In this document: piece after piece, positions 1-13,713 of the stretch
How the letters are laid out: each line of letters starts with the position of its first letter
Position numbering within the stretch: position 1 is the first letter of the stretch
NCBI GenBank assembly: GCA_012295275.1
Contig: CM022665.1
Span: forward strand, 32,426,001 to 32,490,000
Source of the DNA: Chrysomallon squamiferum
Lineage: Eukaryota; Animalia; Mollusca
Direction of reading: 5' to 3'
DNA length: 64,000 bases
Translations under genes and position numbers: made by a program
The notes under the pieces: generated by a model
Told to the model about the DNA's origin: nothing
What the model saw: only the letters and a program-made list of their open reading frames with translations
The model's database searches: none

Positions 1-280
1 TATTATTACATGTTGTTAAAATATTTTTATATGTTATAAATGTATTTGTATATGTTTTATGTATATCTGTATATGTTATAAATATACTTATATATATTAT
101 AAATATATTTGTATATGTTATAAATATATTTGTATACATTATAAATATATTTTTATAAAATGTTGAAATATTTCTATATGATGTAAGCATATTTCTGAAT
201 GCTAATGTATTTATATACGTTATTAATATACTGGTACATATTTTCTGTTTTTGTATGTTAATATATTGGTATATGGTGAA
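1..280. repeat. Degenerate AT-rich minisatellite (~21-24 bp unit, TGTTATAAATATATTTGTATA-like)
   Basis: The unit tgttataaat(a/g)tattt(g/t)tata recurs with variation from the window start to ~280. Confidence 0.7.
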
Positions 281-413
281 AATATAGCTGCACCCGTTAA
301 TTCCTGGAAATATCGCGGAATTAATTTTTCAGTTTCCCCGACAAAACAACAACAATTAAACACACCAGAGCATTGTCTGCTGTTAAACTTTTCAAACCAA
401 ATTTCGTAATTTC

Positions 414-465
<52 letters not shown>

Positions 466-992
466 AATAAATAAATAAATAAGGAATTTGGGTTAATGGA
501 TATCATTTTTCGGTTTTTCGAATTTCTACGGTACTGCATGATATAGGCAAAAGTATCCATAAAAAGTATTATATGAATTACCACTGTATAAAAAAAATAA
601 CAGCTAATTATGAATACAAGACAGCATTTACGTATGTCTCAGTTTATGAAATGTGATTTTTATGTGCGACAAATAGGTAATACATATTGTATTAATTGTG
701 CATGGAAGTTTCTCTAACGAAAGTGGGTTACTTCCTGATCTTGCATTCCTCATTTTCAGCCCATCCAACTGTTTTTGTAATCTGCGTAAAGAAATATTCA
801 TTTGTAAGGTTATAACAACTGCGCTTCCATTTATTTTCTGAAATCTTAAATCTGGCTGATAATTCAACTGCAGTTATTTCAATTATATTTGATTTTGAAA
901 TTCATACGTAAATCAGTTCAGTGCATCAAATGTTTTACTAGACGTTTGATTAAACATTAGTAATCGTGATCACCTTTATTTATTTATTTATT

Positions 993-1061
<69 letters not shown>

Positions 1062-1394
1062 ACCATCACCATTACTGCTGTTTCACTAATACATCTGTTA
1101 CAACGACTGCTAGAAAAAACTTCATCATTACTACAGTCAAAATTATTTAATTTTAATATTTTGAGCCACGTAACAGATATATATTATATACATATATTCT
1201 CAGGCAGATATAGTATTATTATTACCTCATCGACTACAATTATTATTATTATTATTATTATTATTATTTAATATTTTGTCTGAGATGGCTGTAACTCATT
1301 AATATGTGGGTAGTACTTATTAACAGGTAAAGGCTATAAATGTATTTTTCTTTTTGATTTCAATTAATTAATTAATTAATTTATTTATTTACAG

Positions 1395-2406
1395 AAAGAA
1401 GACATTTCAATACAGTTATCATAATGAGTCCGCGGATTTTCACTTCCCTGTTACTATCGCCAGCTACTCTGCTCACCCGCCAAAAACAGCGCCTTCATCC
1501 TTTCCATTAGATCAACCAGGCGATGACGGAATGAACACCCAAAGAGGCATAACCAAATCTTACGACAACAACGTACTTCCCCGGATGACAGGTAATAAGA
1601 ACAACTGCAAAATGACAAGAAACTATCTTCTGTCTGAAAGACGATCTTACCAAAACAGTGCAAGAGATATAAATAATAAACTGACGAAGCCAAACGAACG
1701 CATAATAAAACCGTCAAAACATGGCTTCCATCCCCGCAGTTATTCGCCAACTTTTAAATGTTTGGTCGAAGCGTCGGAGAAATTGCACATACTAATAGCT
1801 GAATCTTCTAAATACAATCACGGCATGTCGGATTTGCCTAGTGTGGAAAGTTCCGTCACTTTACAAGACGGTTCGCTAGAAGAACGTTGTGCTATTACTA
1901 GTCAATACGGTGCTTCGGAATCTGATTATACAGACAGCATTTCTACTATGAACTATAGTAACAGTGCCTCGGATACTATAGCAGCCAAACGGAACGGAGC
2001 CGCTGACATTAAAATTAACGATACAACATCTGAGATCCATTTGTTTTTACCACATCTTCCTGACGAATCCAAACGGAAGTATAAGAAAGAGTTCGTTCAG
2101 AGAAAACATGTTGTTGACGCATGCACAGTGACGGAAAGCAACATGTTTCCGGTTATCAACGGAATTGCTTCTAATAATAGTAATAATAACGGAATAGCGG
2201 ATACATCTCACAGAGCTCGGGCTGAGATTCCAAATAGAAAAAGAACTCAGAACAGACGATCTTTGTCACCTCCGAAACAACGCGGTAAAAACAAGTTAGT
2301 TAGAACAAAAACTTTCGACTTACACGAACCTTATTTAAAAGGCGAAATGCTAAAAGAAACTTTGGACGATTTTCCAACCCTGGTTTCTCAGAGAAGTCCA
2401 GACTAG
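1395..2406 (+). CDS. Terminal coding exon (~337 codons) of an unidentified gene, or a single-exon ORF from ATG 1531; Ser/Asn/basic-rich, probably disordered
   Basis: Acceptor ttatttacag|A at 1394/1395. Frame open from 1396 (KKTFQYSYHNESADFHFP...) through the 291-aa ORF to TAG 2406. GC-richer than the flanks, with AATAAA near 2630. No domain recognised. Confidence 0.7.
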
Positions 2407-3899
2407 TTTTATGGGTGTTCATACTTTCATACATTAATTTATATTAAATTGTTTTATTCAGAATTTAAATGTGCTTATGATATATTATCATTAGAAATGG
2501 CTAAAACTAAAATGAAAAAATGATATCTTTAATTTATCATGAACTAAAACATTAAATTAAAATGTTATTTGGCCAGTGTTCAATTTTTATACCAGTGAAA
2601 TACGTATCAGTACGTTATTGCATGTAACATAAATAAATAAATAAATAAATTAAAAATTGAAAAATAAGAAACAGGCAAATCAAATACAGAATGATACATA
2701 TTAATGCCTTCGTTATTGACAAACCTTGTGATGCAGATGTTATAATCGCCTATGTTGTGTGTGTGTGTGTGTGCAAACATACATACACATACCGACGAAC
2801 ATGTTTCTAAGTTTGTTTTATTTTTATACCAACACGTATTAATGTACGTAAATATGCGTTTGTACTATATATATTTAAATGGATTTTAACATTTATATTT
2901 AATTAATTATTGTATCTGTAGGTACTGTCATATGTTTTATGCAGTTAAGGAATACCAAATACTTTAATTATTCTAAACCGGTCTATTTAATCTAGATTTT
3001 AAAACATATAAACTAAATGAATAATTAGGTGAAAATTAAGAATTATTATCTTCTTCTTTCTTTCTTTTTCTTTTTTTTTTTTTTTTTAAGAAAGGAACGA
3101 AAAAGGAAACAAATCAATAAAAAAAAATGTTCAGTATATATGACTGCAAAGTATATGGTAGACATTAATAAATGATAGGTGACACCACAACATGATCAAT
3201 AGATTATTCACATTTTCAAGTTGTCAAAACACTGTTTTGAAGCCACCTCTGCCATGGATATTATCTTAAAACATTTTACACTTAACAACAGACAGCTGTT
3301 AGAGTGAATCCGTGGAATGTTGCCATTCAGTAAACTGAATCAATACATTGATAATTAGTTATTTTCTGTAATGAATGGATGAACGTTTTTTGACACTTCA
3401 GACTTTTTTTAATATTAACACCTATTAGGTATCATCATTTTATTTATTTGTTTATTTGATTTGATTTGATTTGATTTTTATTTGATTTATATATTGAAAA
3501 ATGCATATAACACTGTATAATAAGTAAAATCCACATTTAAACTTGATAATCTACTTCTGTCGACTGACATGAAGAAAGCCACATTTTATTTACAACCATC
3601 AAATCCTATGCTGTTCTCTCTTTTGAAACACATGCTGGGTGTGGCTGGGGCGGGAAATATCACTCAGACGTACAAAAAAGGAATGATTCTACCATCCTTT
3701 ATGACCCAACTTTCAAATTTCTCAATACATTAAAATAAAAATAGAACAAAATAATAGATAATGCTTACAATTTAGTCTTTAAACGGATCGATTTTTATTA
3801 CAATAAATCATTTCCCCGATAGATATATTAAGCTAAATTACGCAGAAATGTATTCTAAAATATCTAAAAAAAGAAAACAGTAACAAAAAACTTACATTT

Positions 3900-4400
3900 A
3901 CGTTCAGAGGCCCTACATTCTATCAGGAGAATCAACTAAGTCGTCTTACAACGGGTCCCAGCTCACTGTGGCTTACCTGGAAATGAGAATGAAGACAGAC
4001 TGGCAAAACTAGGTGCAGGTAATGAACATGAGGATAACTGGGTGTCATATGAAGAGATGAAATCCCATACTACATCTCTCCCAATCAAACCAATGACTGT
4101 TACCCACTATTATGTCATGAACAAGTCATCATTTTCTGATTAAGGACTGAACACAGCAGGCTCAGTATGCATAAGAGATTCCGGCTGGAATCTTCTTCCA
4201 TGTGCTGCTGTGGAGAAGCAGAACAGACAACTGAACATGTCATCTAAAACTGCATAAACCTACATCAGCTCAGGGAGACTGCCTGGACGACTACAACAAC
4301 TCTCCAAAAGAAGCTGTATGACAAAAAAGTGAACTACAGAGAACTGTATCATTCATAGTCACTGCTATCTTGACGTGGTGTCAAAAAAAAAAAAAAAAAA

Positions 4401-4409
<9 letters not shown>
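3900..4409 (+). mobile_element. 5'-truncated, decayed non-LTR retrotransposon with RNase H (I-group-like), ending in poly(A)
   Basis: 3940-4017 reads VVLQRVPAHCGLPGNENEDRLAKLGA (RNase H WVPAHxGxxGNExAD motif). Then HEQVIIF*LRTEHSRL (~4115-4165) and the CCCGEAEQTTEHVI*NC zinc knuckle (~4202-4255). A-run 4383-4409, followed by (GA)n. Confidence 0.8.
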
Positions 4410-4464
<55 letters not shown>

Positions 4465-6005
4465 AGAAACACAGACACACACACACACACACAATTCACT
4501 TTAAGAATTGTTAAAATGAAATAGTTTCTAAATAAATTTGAATTCAGAATATTACAATAAAAATAATTAATAATGTCTTAAAATGCTAAATTTATCAAAA
4601 AGCATCTGTAAGTTTGTCACAACGTCTCTTTCTGTATGTAACTGAAATGTTTTTAAATGAAAGTTGATTTTTGTTTTTTGTTTTTCCGCTAAGACTTTAT
4701 TTCATTATTTACATTTATCACAGATCGTGGGTAAAAAAATAAGAAGAAAAAAGATCAAACTGGAAAATGAAATGGAACAAAGTCGGTTGCCACTCAGAGA
4801 ATGTCCAGGCATTGTTCTACTGACATTCATCCTATGTCTAATCTGAAGAAATACTGCATCAAAAGTAACCAAACTGAATTTCAACTAATAAATACATTAA
4901 ATTCGTCAAAAGTTAGAAGCGTCAATGAAATTTGTTGGGTAAAGAATAACTCGTTCACGTTTGGTGCACTGACACACGAAAGACTGAGTCTTCGTATTAC
5001 ACTCTAGTTTAACTGCATTCCCCGAAAATTACAGACAATTATTATCTAGAACTTTACTGAAATATTTTAGCAGATTTTAAATAGTAATTATATCAATCTA
5101 CGCGGTTTGTTTAAAACACTGACACATAAGATATAGAGTTCTGGAAGAAGGGCTTTTTGCTTCTGTTATTTCAGACGAAGAAAACAACAACAACAACAAC
5201 AACAACATAATAATAATAATAATAATAAAGTGAAATCGTTTCACACATAACATGTGCATGTCCTTGGTTTGTTTTGCGCTAACACACGAGTAAACACACT
5301 TGTATGAAGTTCTGGATGGGTTAGAAGAAAGGGGTGATTAATTAATATTTTTGTCATACTGAAAAATAACAAATAAAATTCATAAATAAAAAATATAAAA
5401 ATGCATCAAAAACTGAATGTTATCTGAAAACCATATAATAAAGAATGCATATTAGAATTAAATTTGTCAAAGTTTATATATTGAAAAACAATTATTGGAA
5501 AAAAAAACGGTTTCCCAATTGTTCCGTTCCCAAATGAACTTGAACAGCCTGTAGAAAGGGCAAAAGAACAAATAGAAATGGGCAAAAAAATAAAAAAATA
5601 AAAAGGGTTTCTAGAGATTAGATGATATAAATCAGAATCAGCTTATTCCAATCACAAAGAGAGATTATTCGTTATCTTTGTATCAGGAACGGTGAATTTT
5701 TTAGAGACCGTTTGCCCAAACTGGAGAAAATTTCTAATCTAATTTTTCTTGTCATAACTGAAATTTGAGATTTCATTATTATAATGGTATTTTCATCATT
5801 ATCATCATCATAATTATAATTATTATAATACTGATAGCCTATTTTTCAAAATAAATGGAGAAATAAAAAATATATATATTTATTTCTAAAAGGTTTAAAA
5901 AATAAAAATAATGTAACGTAGCGCATACATATTTAAAATTTATATTATTTATTTATGTATTATTATTAAGAAAATTTTGTGGAGGCGTTGTCGTTGTTTT
6001 AATTC

Positions 6006-6050
<45 letters not shown>

Positions 6051-7468
6051 AATACACTAGTTTAATGTTAAACATGAACTTGACAACATGGTTTATGACA
6101 GTTATAATGCTATTAATGGCTGGACTAGAGTATACTATATCCGGATAAGAAAATCCTCCCATGAATTCTTTTGTAAAAAATTAGTAAACAACAACAACAA
6201 GAAAAATAACAACCAGAAAAGAACCAAAAAATATCATAAATACTGTAAAATATAATAATACATTGTAGTGATGAATAAAAATTAAAGATATTATTATTCT
6301 GCTTTCTTCGTTAAGTAAAATACGTTTATCCACCCAGTTTTTGCTGATATAATTTACATCAAGTTTTACACACAAATAAATGATATACAAAAGCTTGTTA
6401 AAGTTTTGATAAACATAACAAATTATACACTCAGTAACATGCAAATTCATTAATCAGCAATTAAATAGCAGACTCTGTTTTATTTATTCACACATACCAG
6501 ACAAACTGAAAATGAACTTCATCAACAAGTTTATTTCTTTGCTAGACAGGAGGATTAATACCTATATACTCAAAGGGGGTTAAAAAAAATAAACCTTCAG
6601 CTGCCAAAAAAAGAAAAAAAAAGAATAGAAAAGAAAAAAAAAAGAGTACATTTATATGTATTACAACAAATGACAGCGTGAGGTAAATAAAATATATTGC
6701 TGAAATAAAAATGGCTGTATTGAAACAAAATAACCAAAATGTTTCCAACACGTCCCCTCCAAAACTAAAATGTTATTATTAATTTGTATACAGTTATGTA
6801 TATATGTCTGCATGTATGTATGTATGTACTACTACTGCCACTGTTGTTGCAACAACTACGTCTGTCGTACGTATTTATTTTTTTATTTTGTGTTTATCTA
6901 GCTAATACTTATTTGATCATCTTGGTATCTTATTTTATTTTTCCATTCTTGGTTCTTAGTTTTATATTTCGTAAAAAGCGTTTGAATATTGTTAGATTTC
7001 ATTTATGAAATCTGCAAAAAAAAAAAAAAAAATAAGACATATATGAAATAATTATTCTTAAATACACACAGACAGAAAAACAGACATTCGTATGTGTACA
7101 CATTCATATACATATGTGCCGAGAGACAGACAACAGACACATAAACACATACATAAACACAGTAATACACATACATAAATATTAACAAATGCATATAATG
7201 GTATGTTTCAAGCAAATTCCAAAGGTGTCATTTTACGTAAGTATAATATTTCACAGTAATAATATTTCACAGATTAACAAAGTGATCATGATAGAAAAAG
7301 ACTTCTTTTAAATACAAACTGTTCTGATCTTACTTCCTGATCGTTTAACACTATAGAATTTCTTTTCAATAAAACATTCAGTGTAAGACCTGTGACTCCA
7401 ACAGTAAATAGCTAGTTGGTACTAACCTCTGTTACCACTTTCGAAATTTCTGTCAGAATAAACGCAAA

Positions 7469-10400
7469 ATGAATTCTTGCCTTTCCTTCATACTTATTGT
7501 AGCTGCCATCTGGACTTGCTCGGATGAAGGTAAGAATGTTTTTTATAAATATATATAAAAGATTCCAGACAATTGTAATATTACTACATATATAGAGTTT
7601 CTGACAAATACAAATACAATTATAAGGTGTATATATGCTTTATATATAATATTTTTTATATATATAATACTATCTTACATGAATTCATTACCCAGTATTG
7701 TTGGAATTTTATATACTTTATGCTTATGAGTAAGCCAGATACATACGATGTATTCTTTATTGTTTATTGTCTTTTATCAAAAAGTAATCAATCGATGCTA
7801 ATCAAAATTATGGCAATTAATCTTTGCTGATAAATAGATTATGAATATGCTGTTTGTTTCTGTCAGGATGTTCTTGACTGCATTACTATTTGGTGTAATT
7901 GATAAGCAGATTTACGCAGCGATAAATTCCACATCAATAAATAATTACTTAAGTGATGGATTATGTTATTATCTATTACGTCATTTAATTTGAAAAATAT
8001 ATTTGATAACAATAAATCTACTACTTCTATTAATAATGATGATGATGATGATGATTGTAAATAAATAAATAAATAAATAAATAAAATTACAGATGTTTCA
8101 AAGGTAACTGTTGAATTTCTTTAATTTTTAAATCCGCTTACGTTGGTGTTGTATATATTTGATTCAGGACAAAAAATGACGATGATAATAATAAAATGAA
8201 ATGAAATGAAATAAATAAATAAATAAATTTAACAAATGAAAAATTAAAAGTAAGTTGGAAAAAAACATTTAGTGAAATAACAAAATGGTAATTCATAAAG
8301 ATAAAAATTTATATTAAGCAATATCCAGGTCTATACTCTCAAAATTTGATCAAAACGTAATTATGTCCCCCATGAACTATTAGTTCGTTAACAATCACAT
8401 CTCTATGATTTGTTTTTTTGGTAAATGCGCTATATGAACGGCTGAATACTTTTCTGCTGTTTGGAGATCTTGCTATTTCCACTCACATGTTTGTAATGTT
8501 AAGGCGAAACACTACATAGAATTTTTTATTATTAGATATCAAGAAAATGGTTTCCAACCATTTGATCTAATTTCACACCTAAAATTTCCCACTTGATCTA
8601 AAGGAAAAAATTAGGTTTTCTTCCCATTTGATCTAGTTTTTAATGCTCACTAGACTATGTCGGTGATGTTAAGTTGTGCTGGAGGGTGCATGGACAGTTA
8701 CAAATGGAGGTGATCAGTTTCTGCAAATTATCTAATGGAAAGATGAAGAAATCCATTATTGTCGCTACCACCAAGTATCTATGCAACACTGGCATCATAT
8801 CTGCTGACCTCTTGTCATACATGTTGCTTCCAGTCAAGACTGAAGTTAATAAAACCTTTCAACTGTTGAAGACTGAAGCAGAAAGAAACAACTTCAACCT
8901 GGAGCCACATATTTTCCAGATCGACATTGAGAAAACTGTCACCAATATTGCAAGGGAAGTGTTCAAGGGGGTCCAGGTGGGCGTGCTTTTTCCAAAAAAA
9001 CCAAACACTATGGAGCATATTGGACCTACTCTCGTGTGCATAGAAGAGGCGGCATTCGACAGATGTGGAACTAGAGCCAAGGTCCTCCCACTCATCCCAC
9101 TGGAACAGGTTGAACACTGCACAGAGCCCCCAACTAACTTACACGCTTTTATAATCCGCTGTGAGTTTTGAAATGAACTATCCCAGTTACCCACCTAATA
9201 GCATATTACGTAATTCCCACTTGATCTAATACTATTTTAATCACTATTGATTTTTTTTAGATCAAATGGGAAGACACTAAGAAGATTTATGATCGACATG
9301 AATAATTTATTGTACTTTGTTCTGACTATCCTCTATAACACAACATAACAAGACATGACATAGCAAAACATGACATAATATAGTATAGTTTAACACAGAG
9401 TAACCTGACTCAACACAGTGTGGTACAGTACAAAGCAATACATAATAATAAAGAACAAAAACAGGATAAATCAGTTATATTATTAAAAACAGACCAATAA
9501 AGAACATTTACCATAAAATTATCCTAAGATTATAAGTAATAAAAAAATAAACAAACAAATAAATAAGGCAACTTTATTAATTTGATTAAATAAATTTACT
9601 GTCATTGACTGACGTTGTATAAAGGATTTAATATAAAGAATATAAGTTATGAGTTGTTAAGGATCAGTGCATTTTTTTAAATTTTGTACATAAAAACATC
9701 TACACCTGTCTGTCCTTATTCTGAAAGTATTGACAAAAGTGTTGCGTTTTCAGTTTAATTCATGCTACGTCGTTTATCCGACAAAGACAGAAAGAAAAAT
9801 AATGAACAAATAACAATTTAACTAAAGTTTACACATATATTAGCGCACAAAAGAAGTCAGGCTAGTGTGTTTTTCTAAAAGGAGTCATGAAAAAAGAAAA
9901 ACACTGTAAACACTTATAAACATTCTTAAAAGACCGCGAAGTACATACCGCAGCATTTAATAAAACTGTCCTGGTAATCTAGAAAACAGAGTAATGATTG
10001 GATTACGACTCACCTTTAAAACAGAGGATGTATATGTGTATGTATGTAGTGATATTATAAAGAGAATACAAGACTTCATTAGATCAAAAAGATGTATGTA
10101 TATGGGTGTATGCGTATAAAATGTGGAAAGGGGAAGGTGATAAAATGAATAACACTATGGTTTTGTCTGTTAACAGTTAATTATATTTCTCATTAAATGT
10201 CCATCCAGGCTGCAATCCTTCTCACTATCACGAAACCTTCCATAAATCGTACACTGTATGTTATATATAAATAATAAGTTAAATATATAATTAATAATTT
10301 CTGTTTTAAAACTTTGTTATTGTTTTGTTTTGTTTTTCGGAATTTATAGAACTCTTACCAGGGAAACTACTTTATAAGTCTGCTTGCTATGGTTCGGAGG

Positions 10401-13213
10401 GCGACATTCTGCTTAAGCCATCTTGTGCAGAAAAGGAACGTATGGCGATAGATACTCTGTACGCTTTAACAAAGCCAACAGAATGTCCCAAAGAAATGAC
10501 GTATGCATACACCAACTTGACTTACTGCTGCGATTACGACAAGAACGACTGTAAGGAAGTATACAACGGCACAGCCAAGTTTAATTACTACAGGGTGTTC
10601 ACTGGAAAACGTAACGGCACTAGACGAGCATCGTACCAGAAAATATCTGGTGTATGCCACATAGACAGAAACTTTACCACGTATATGCGGATGACGTTTG
10701 TTTGTATCACAGGTATTTAAGACGATGATGATGATGATCATCAACAACATCTTGTTGTTGTTATTGCTATTATTATGTTAGTGGTATATTACATTAAGTT
10801 ACATTACCTCACATTGCATTACATTACATTAATATTCAGCAAAGAGTAAAATAGTCTAGACTCAATATATTAGCAGAAATTGTTCGAATTAACTACATTC
10901 ATATAGGTCCTAATGTGATTTTACGCCTTGGTGTAATGAAAACAGATTCTGTGTAATAACTGTTTTAATTAAAACTCAAATACACAAATACACACACAAG
11001 AATATAGGTATACATACAAATATATAGATACACATAATCATTTTGGCTTGGTTGTGTAAAAACATATAACTATCAATTTCAGAAAACGTGATGTCGAGCT
11101 TTGGTAACAGCCAACCTGTATCGTCCACAGCCGTTTACCTGCACAGTTCAGATTATCCAAATGTGACCAACGACGTCGACTCTAAAGTCGTTTGTAGCGT
11201 CTCTGCCTCATGTGACACCCGAATCATCATCACCGCTATTGACTTATCGCTTACCAATGAAACAACTCTTGAAATCATAGACGGGAAAAACACGAAACAA
11301 TTTACACGGAGAGAAAACACTGGCTTTAAAATCGCAATAATATACACAAGTTCGAATCATTTTATTAAAGTAATATTTCGAAATGAAAAGCATGTAAGAG
11401 ATGGAAAAATGTGGCTGCAGTTTAATGGTAGGTATCGTTCACATATAATGCATAGATACCAACATATGAACGTAACATTTTTATATATACACAGAGATGC
11501 TTTTAACCTTTCGGTTTTTTAAATATTTGTTTCAGATTTGTTGTTGCTTTAGGTTACAGTATTTTTTTTTAAATTTCGACATTTTATTACTGACACTGGT
11601 AATATTACTGTTAAAATTATTTTGCTATAAACCAGTCATAAAAACAATGACTGGAAGTGTCTGTGTGAAATCAGATATCCATTTTATTGCTATTATTTAT
11701 ATATGTACCACAAAATATTCTAATTTTTTTTTTATCTTATTAGAAAAATACTACGAACGACAAGTTTCCAAACACCTATTTTGTATCATTGTTTTCTTCA
11801 GTTCAGTTCTTCTTAAACGTGAATGAAATTACTCAGGGATTAAAGAAACTAAACGGATGGAAATACGTCTAAATTATTTCTGTTTATAGAGAAAATTCTT
11901 GTCAAAGCAGATATATCGTTTATTTACTCTAACCGTTTATAAACCATTTTCACTGTTCTGTTTTTCTTCATTTTAGCCTCATACTCTGGATCGTATCTAA
12001 ATCTGTCTTGTGGAACGGGGGCGGTAAACCAAGCACCTTCTGTATCAGCATGTCCTGGAGGTGATTATTCAGGTTTTCAGCCTTGGATGTTGGCCCTGGC
12101 AATCTTAATGCCATTACTTCTTATTATAATTATAATAATTGTGTGCATCGTCTACTTCAAGAAGAAAAGAAAGGTAAGCTATAAATTGCGTCTAAAGACT
12201 CTGGGATATATTATATGATATATGTATTATAACGGTTATTATTACTGTTGTAGTTATATTTACAGCAAAAACCCTGGTATGTATTATTCTGACTGTTGTG
12301 TGGTACATGTAACAGATCCATTGCTGCTAAATGAAAAAGTTTAGCCAAAGAAGTGCGGGCAGCGGATTTTCTCTCTTATTTAGTTATTATCTGAATGGTT
12401 ATTATCCATTATGTTCGACGTCATATAACCATGGTTTAAAATGTTTTGAGAGCTTCATTAAACAAAACGTGTCTTTCGTTATTATTACTAATAGTGCTGT
12501 TGTTGTTACGATTATTATTATTATTGTTGTCATTGTTGTTGTTGTTGTTATATTCATTACTGTTGTTATTTTATCATTTTATGGAGAGGTTGCCTAAAGT
12601 TTGCATCTAAATTATTATTAATATTTTTTCCTATGTTTCTTTTTTTTTACATTTAATTTGTTTATTCATTGTATTAAAAAATATTTAATAAAAAGAAAGA
12701 AAGAAAGAAATACAAAAATAATTTTTTATAATGCCACTCTAATTTAGTTATTTATTCTTAATTCATTTATTTATACTCTTTATATTTATTTCCTTAATTT
12801 ACTATAGACAATTTCAGAATTAATTTATTTAAAGAAAAACAATAAAGAATCGAACAGTACTTTATAATTATCATAAGTGTTGTTAATGTTGCCCTAACTG
12901 TCATCATCATCAATATTATTGTTACTGTTGGTGTCATTATTATTGTTATTGTTGTTGTTGTTGTTATTATTAATATTATTATTATTATTATTATTATTAT
13001 TTTAAGGTATCACCACTTCGCAGTCGTCTTTTAAATTTTTCACAAGCTGATTATAACGACAATGATAACGCTGGAAATCAACAAATAAATTTTGAAGCAT
13101 TACCCACCACTGGGAGAGGAAACGCCCTGCCCCCTTTGTTTGAAAATGCTCAGCATGTGGCGCCTAGGCAAACTCTCCTAAATGAAAGGAAAATGCCTCG
13201 AATTGAGACTTAA
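7469..13213 (+). CDS. Uncharacterised type-I membrane protein, ~390 aa: signal peptide, Cys-rich domain, CUB-like domain, TM helix, cytoplasmic tail. Exons 7469-7529, 10350-10712, 11083-11427, 11977-12173, 13007-13213
   Basis: All introns GT-AG with compatible phases (1,1,1,0). Signal peptide MNSCLSFILIVAAIWTCSDE. Exon 3 has CUB-like YLHSSDYPN..VVCSVSASC..IIITAIDLSL..FIKVIF..GKMWLQF. TM MLALAILMPLLLIIIIIIVCIVYF followed by KKKRK. Stop TAA 13211-13213. Confidence 0.8.
8549..9277 (+). mobile_element. Internally deleted Mutator-like (MULE) element in intron 1 of the membrane-protein gene
   Basis: ORF 8674-9171 contains MULE transposase-like LLSYMLLPVKTE..FQLLK..LEPHIFQIDIEKTVTNIAREVFKG. Ends are inverted (ggtttccaaccatttgatct ... 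agatcaaatgggaagacac), with several subterminal cca(t/c)ttgatcta copies. Degraded 9-bp TSD caagaaaat/taagaagat (7/9). Confidence 0.75.
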
Positions 13214-13713
13214 TTGTAAAAACACGAAGACAATCCATCCAATGAAATATAATTTCATAGATACAGATGGAAATGGTAAATGTTATACATTTTTAGCAAC
13301 TGTATTAGAACAAGAGAACTATTAAGTGATGTAACTAGACTCTTTGAAATGAGGCAAAAACACTTAATTGCCAAGCGGAGCGGGGCAAACAAATTTGGGC
13401 GAGGGAGGGGTCAAGATGACAAAAACATTATTTTGTATGTTCTAGTAGTTTAATTGTGAAAGATATTTCTTAATAATATGTATTTTTGAAATAAGCCTTT
13501 AATTTAAAAAATTAAGTCACAGACACACATACATCCAAACATTCAGCGAAACGTTCTAATATTTCCAGAAGATTCAAGCACATATGTCTTGGGAATGCAG
13601 GACACTGAACAAATGATAATTTAGCTCAGAGAGAAAAATGAAAAGAAAAGAAAAAAAAAAAAAAAATGTATCGCTTGATAAGATTGTTTTATTATCTGTA
13701 TTATTACACGATA

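Noticed and set aside
321-1271. ORFs with poly-Leu, poly-Tyr or poly-Ile runs, and similar ones at 12331, 17956, 19498, 22328-22682, 23497-23774, 25741-26153, 28633-29353 and 30045-31096
   Set aside because: Translations of microsatellites and AT-rich intron or intergenic DNA, with no splice or homology support.
8655-9194. Three minus-strand ORFs overlapping the MULE ORF
   Set aside because: Antisense shadows of a GC-richer transposase remnant.
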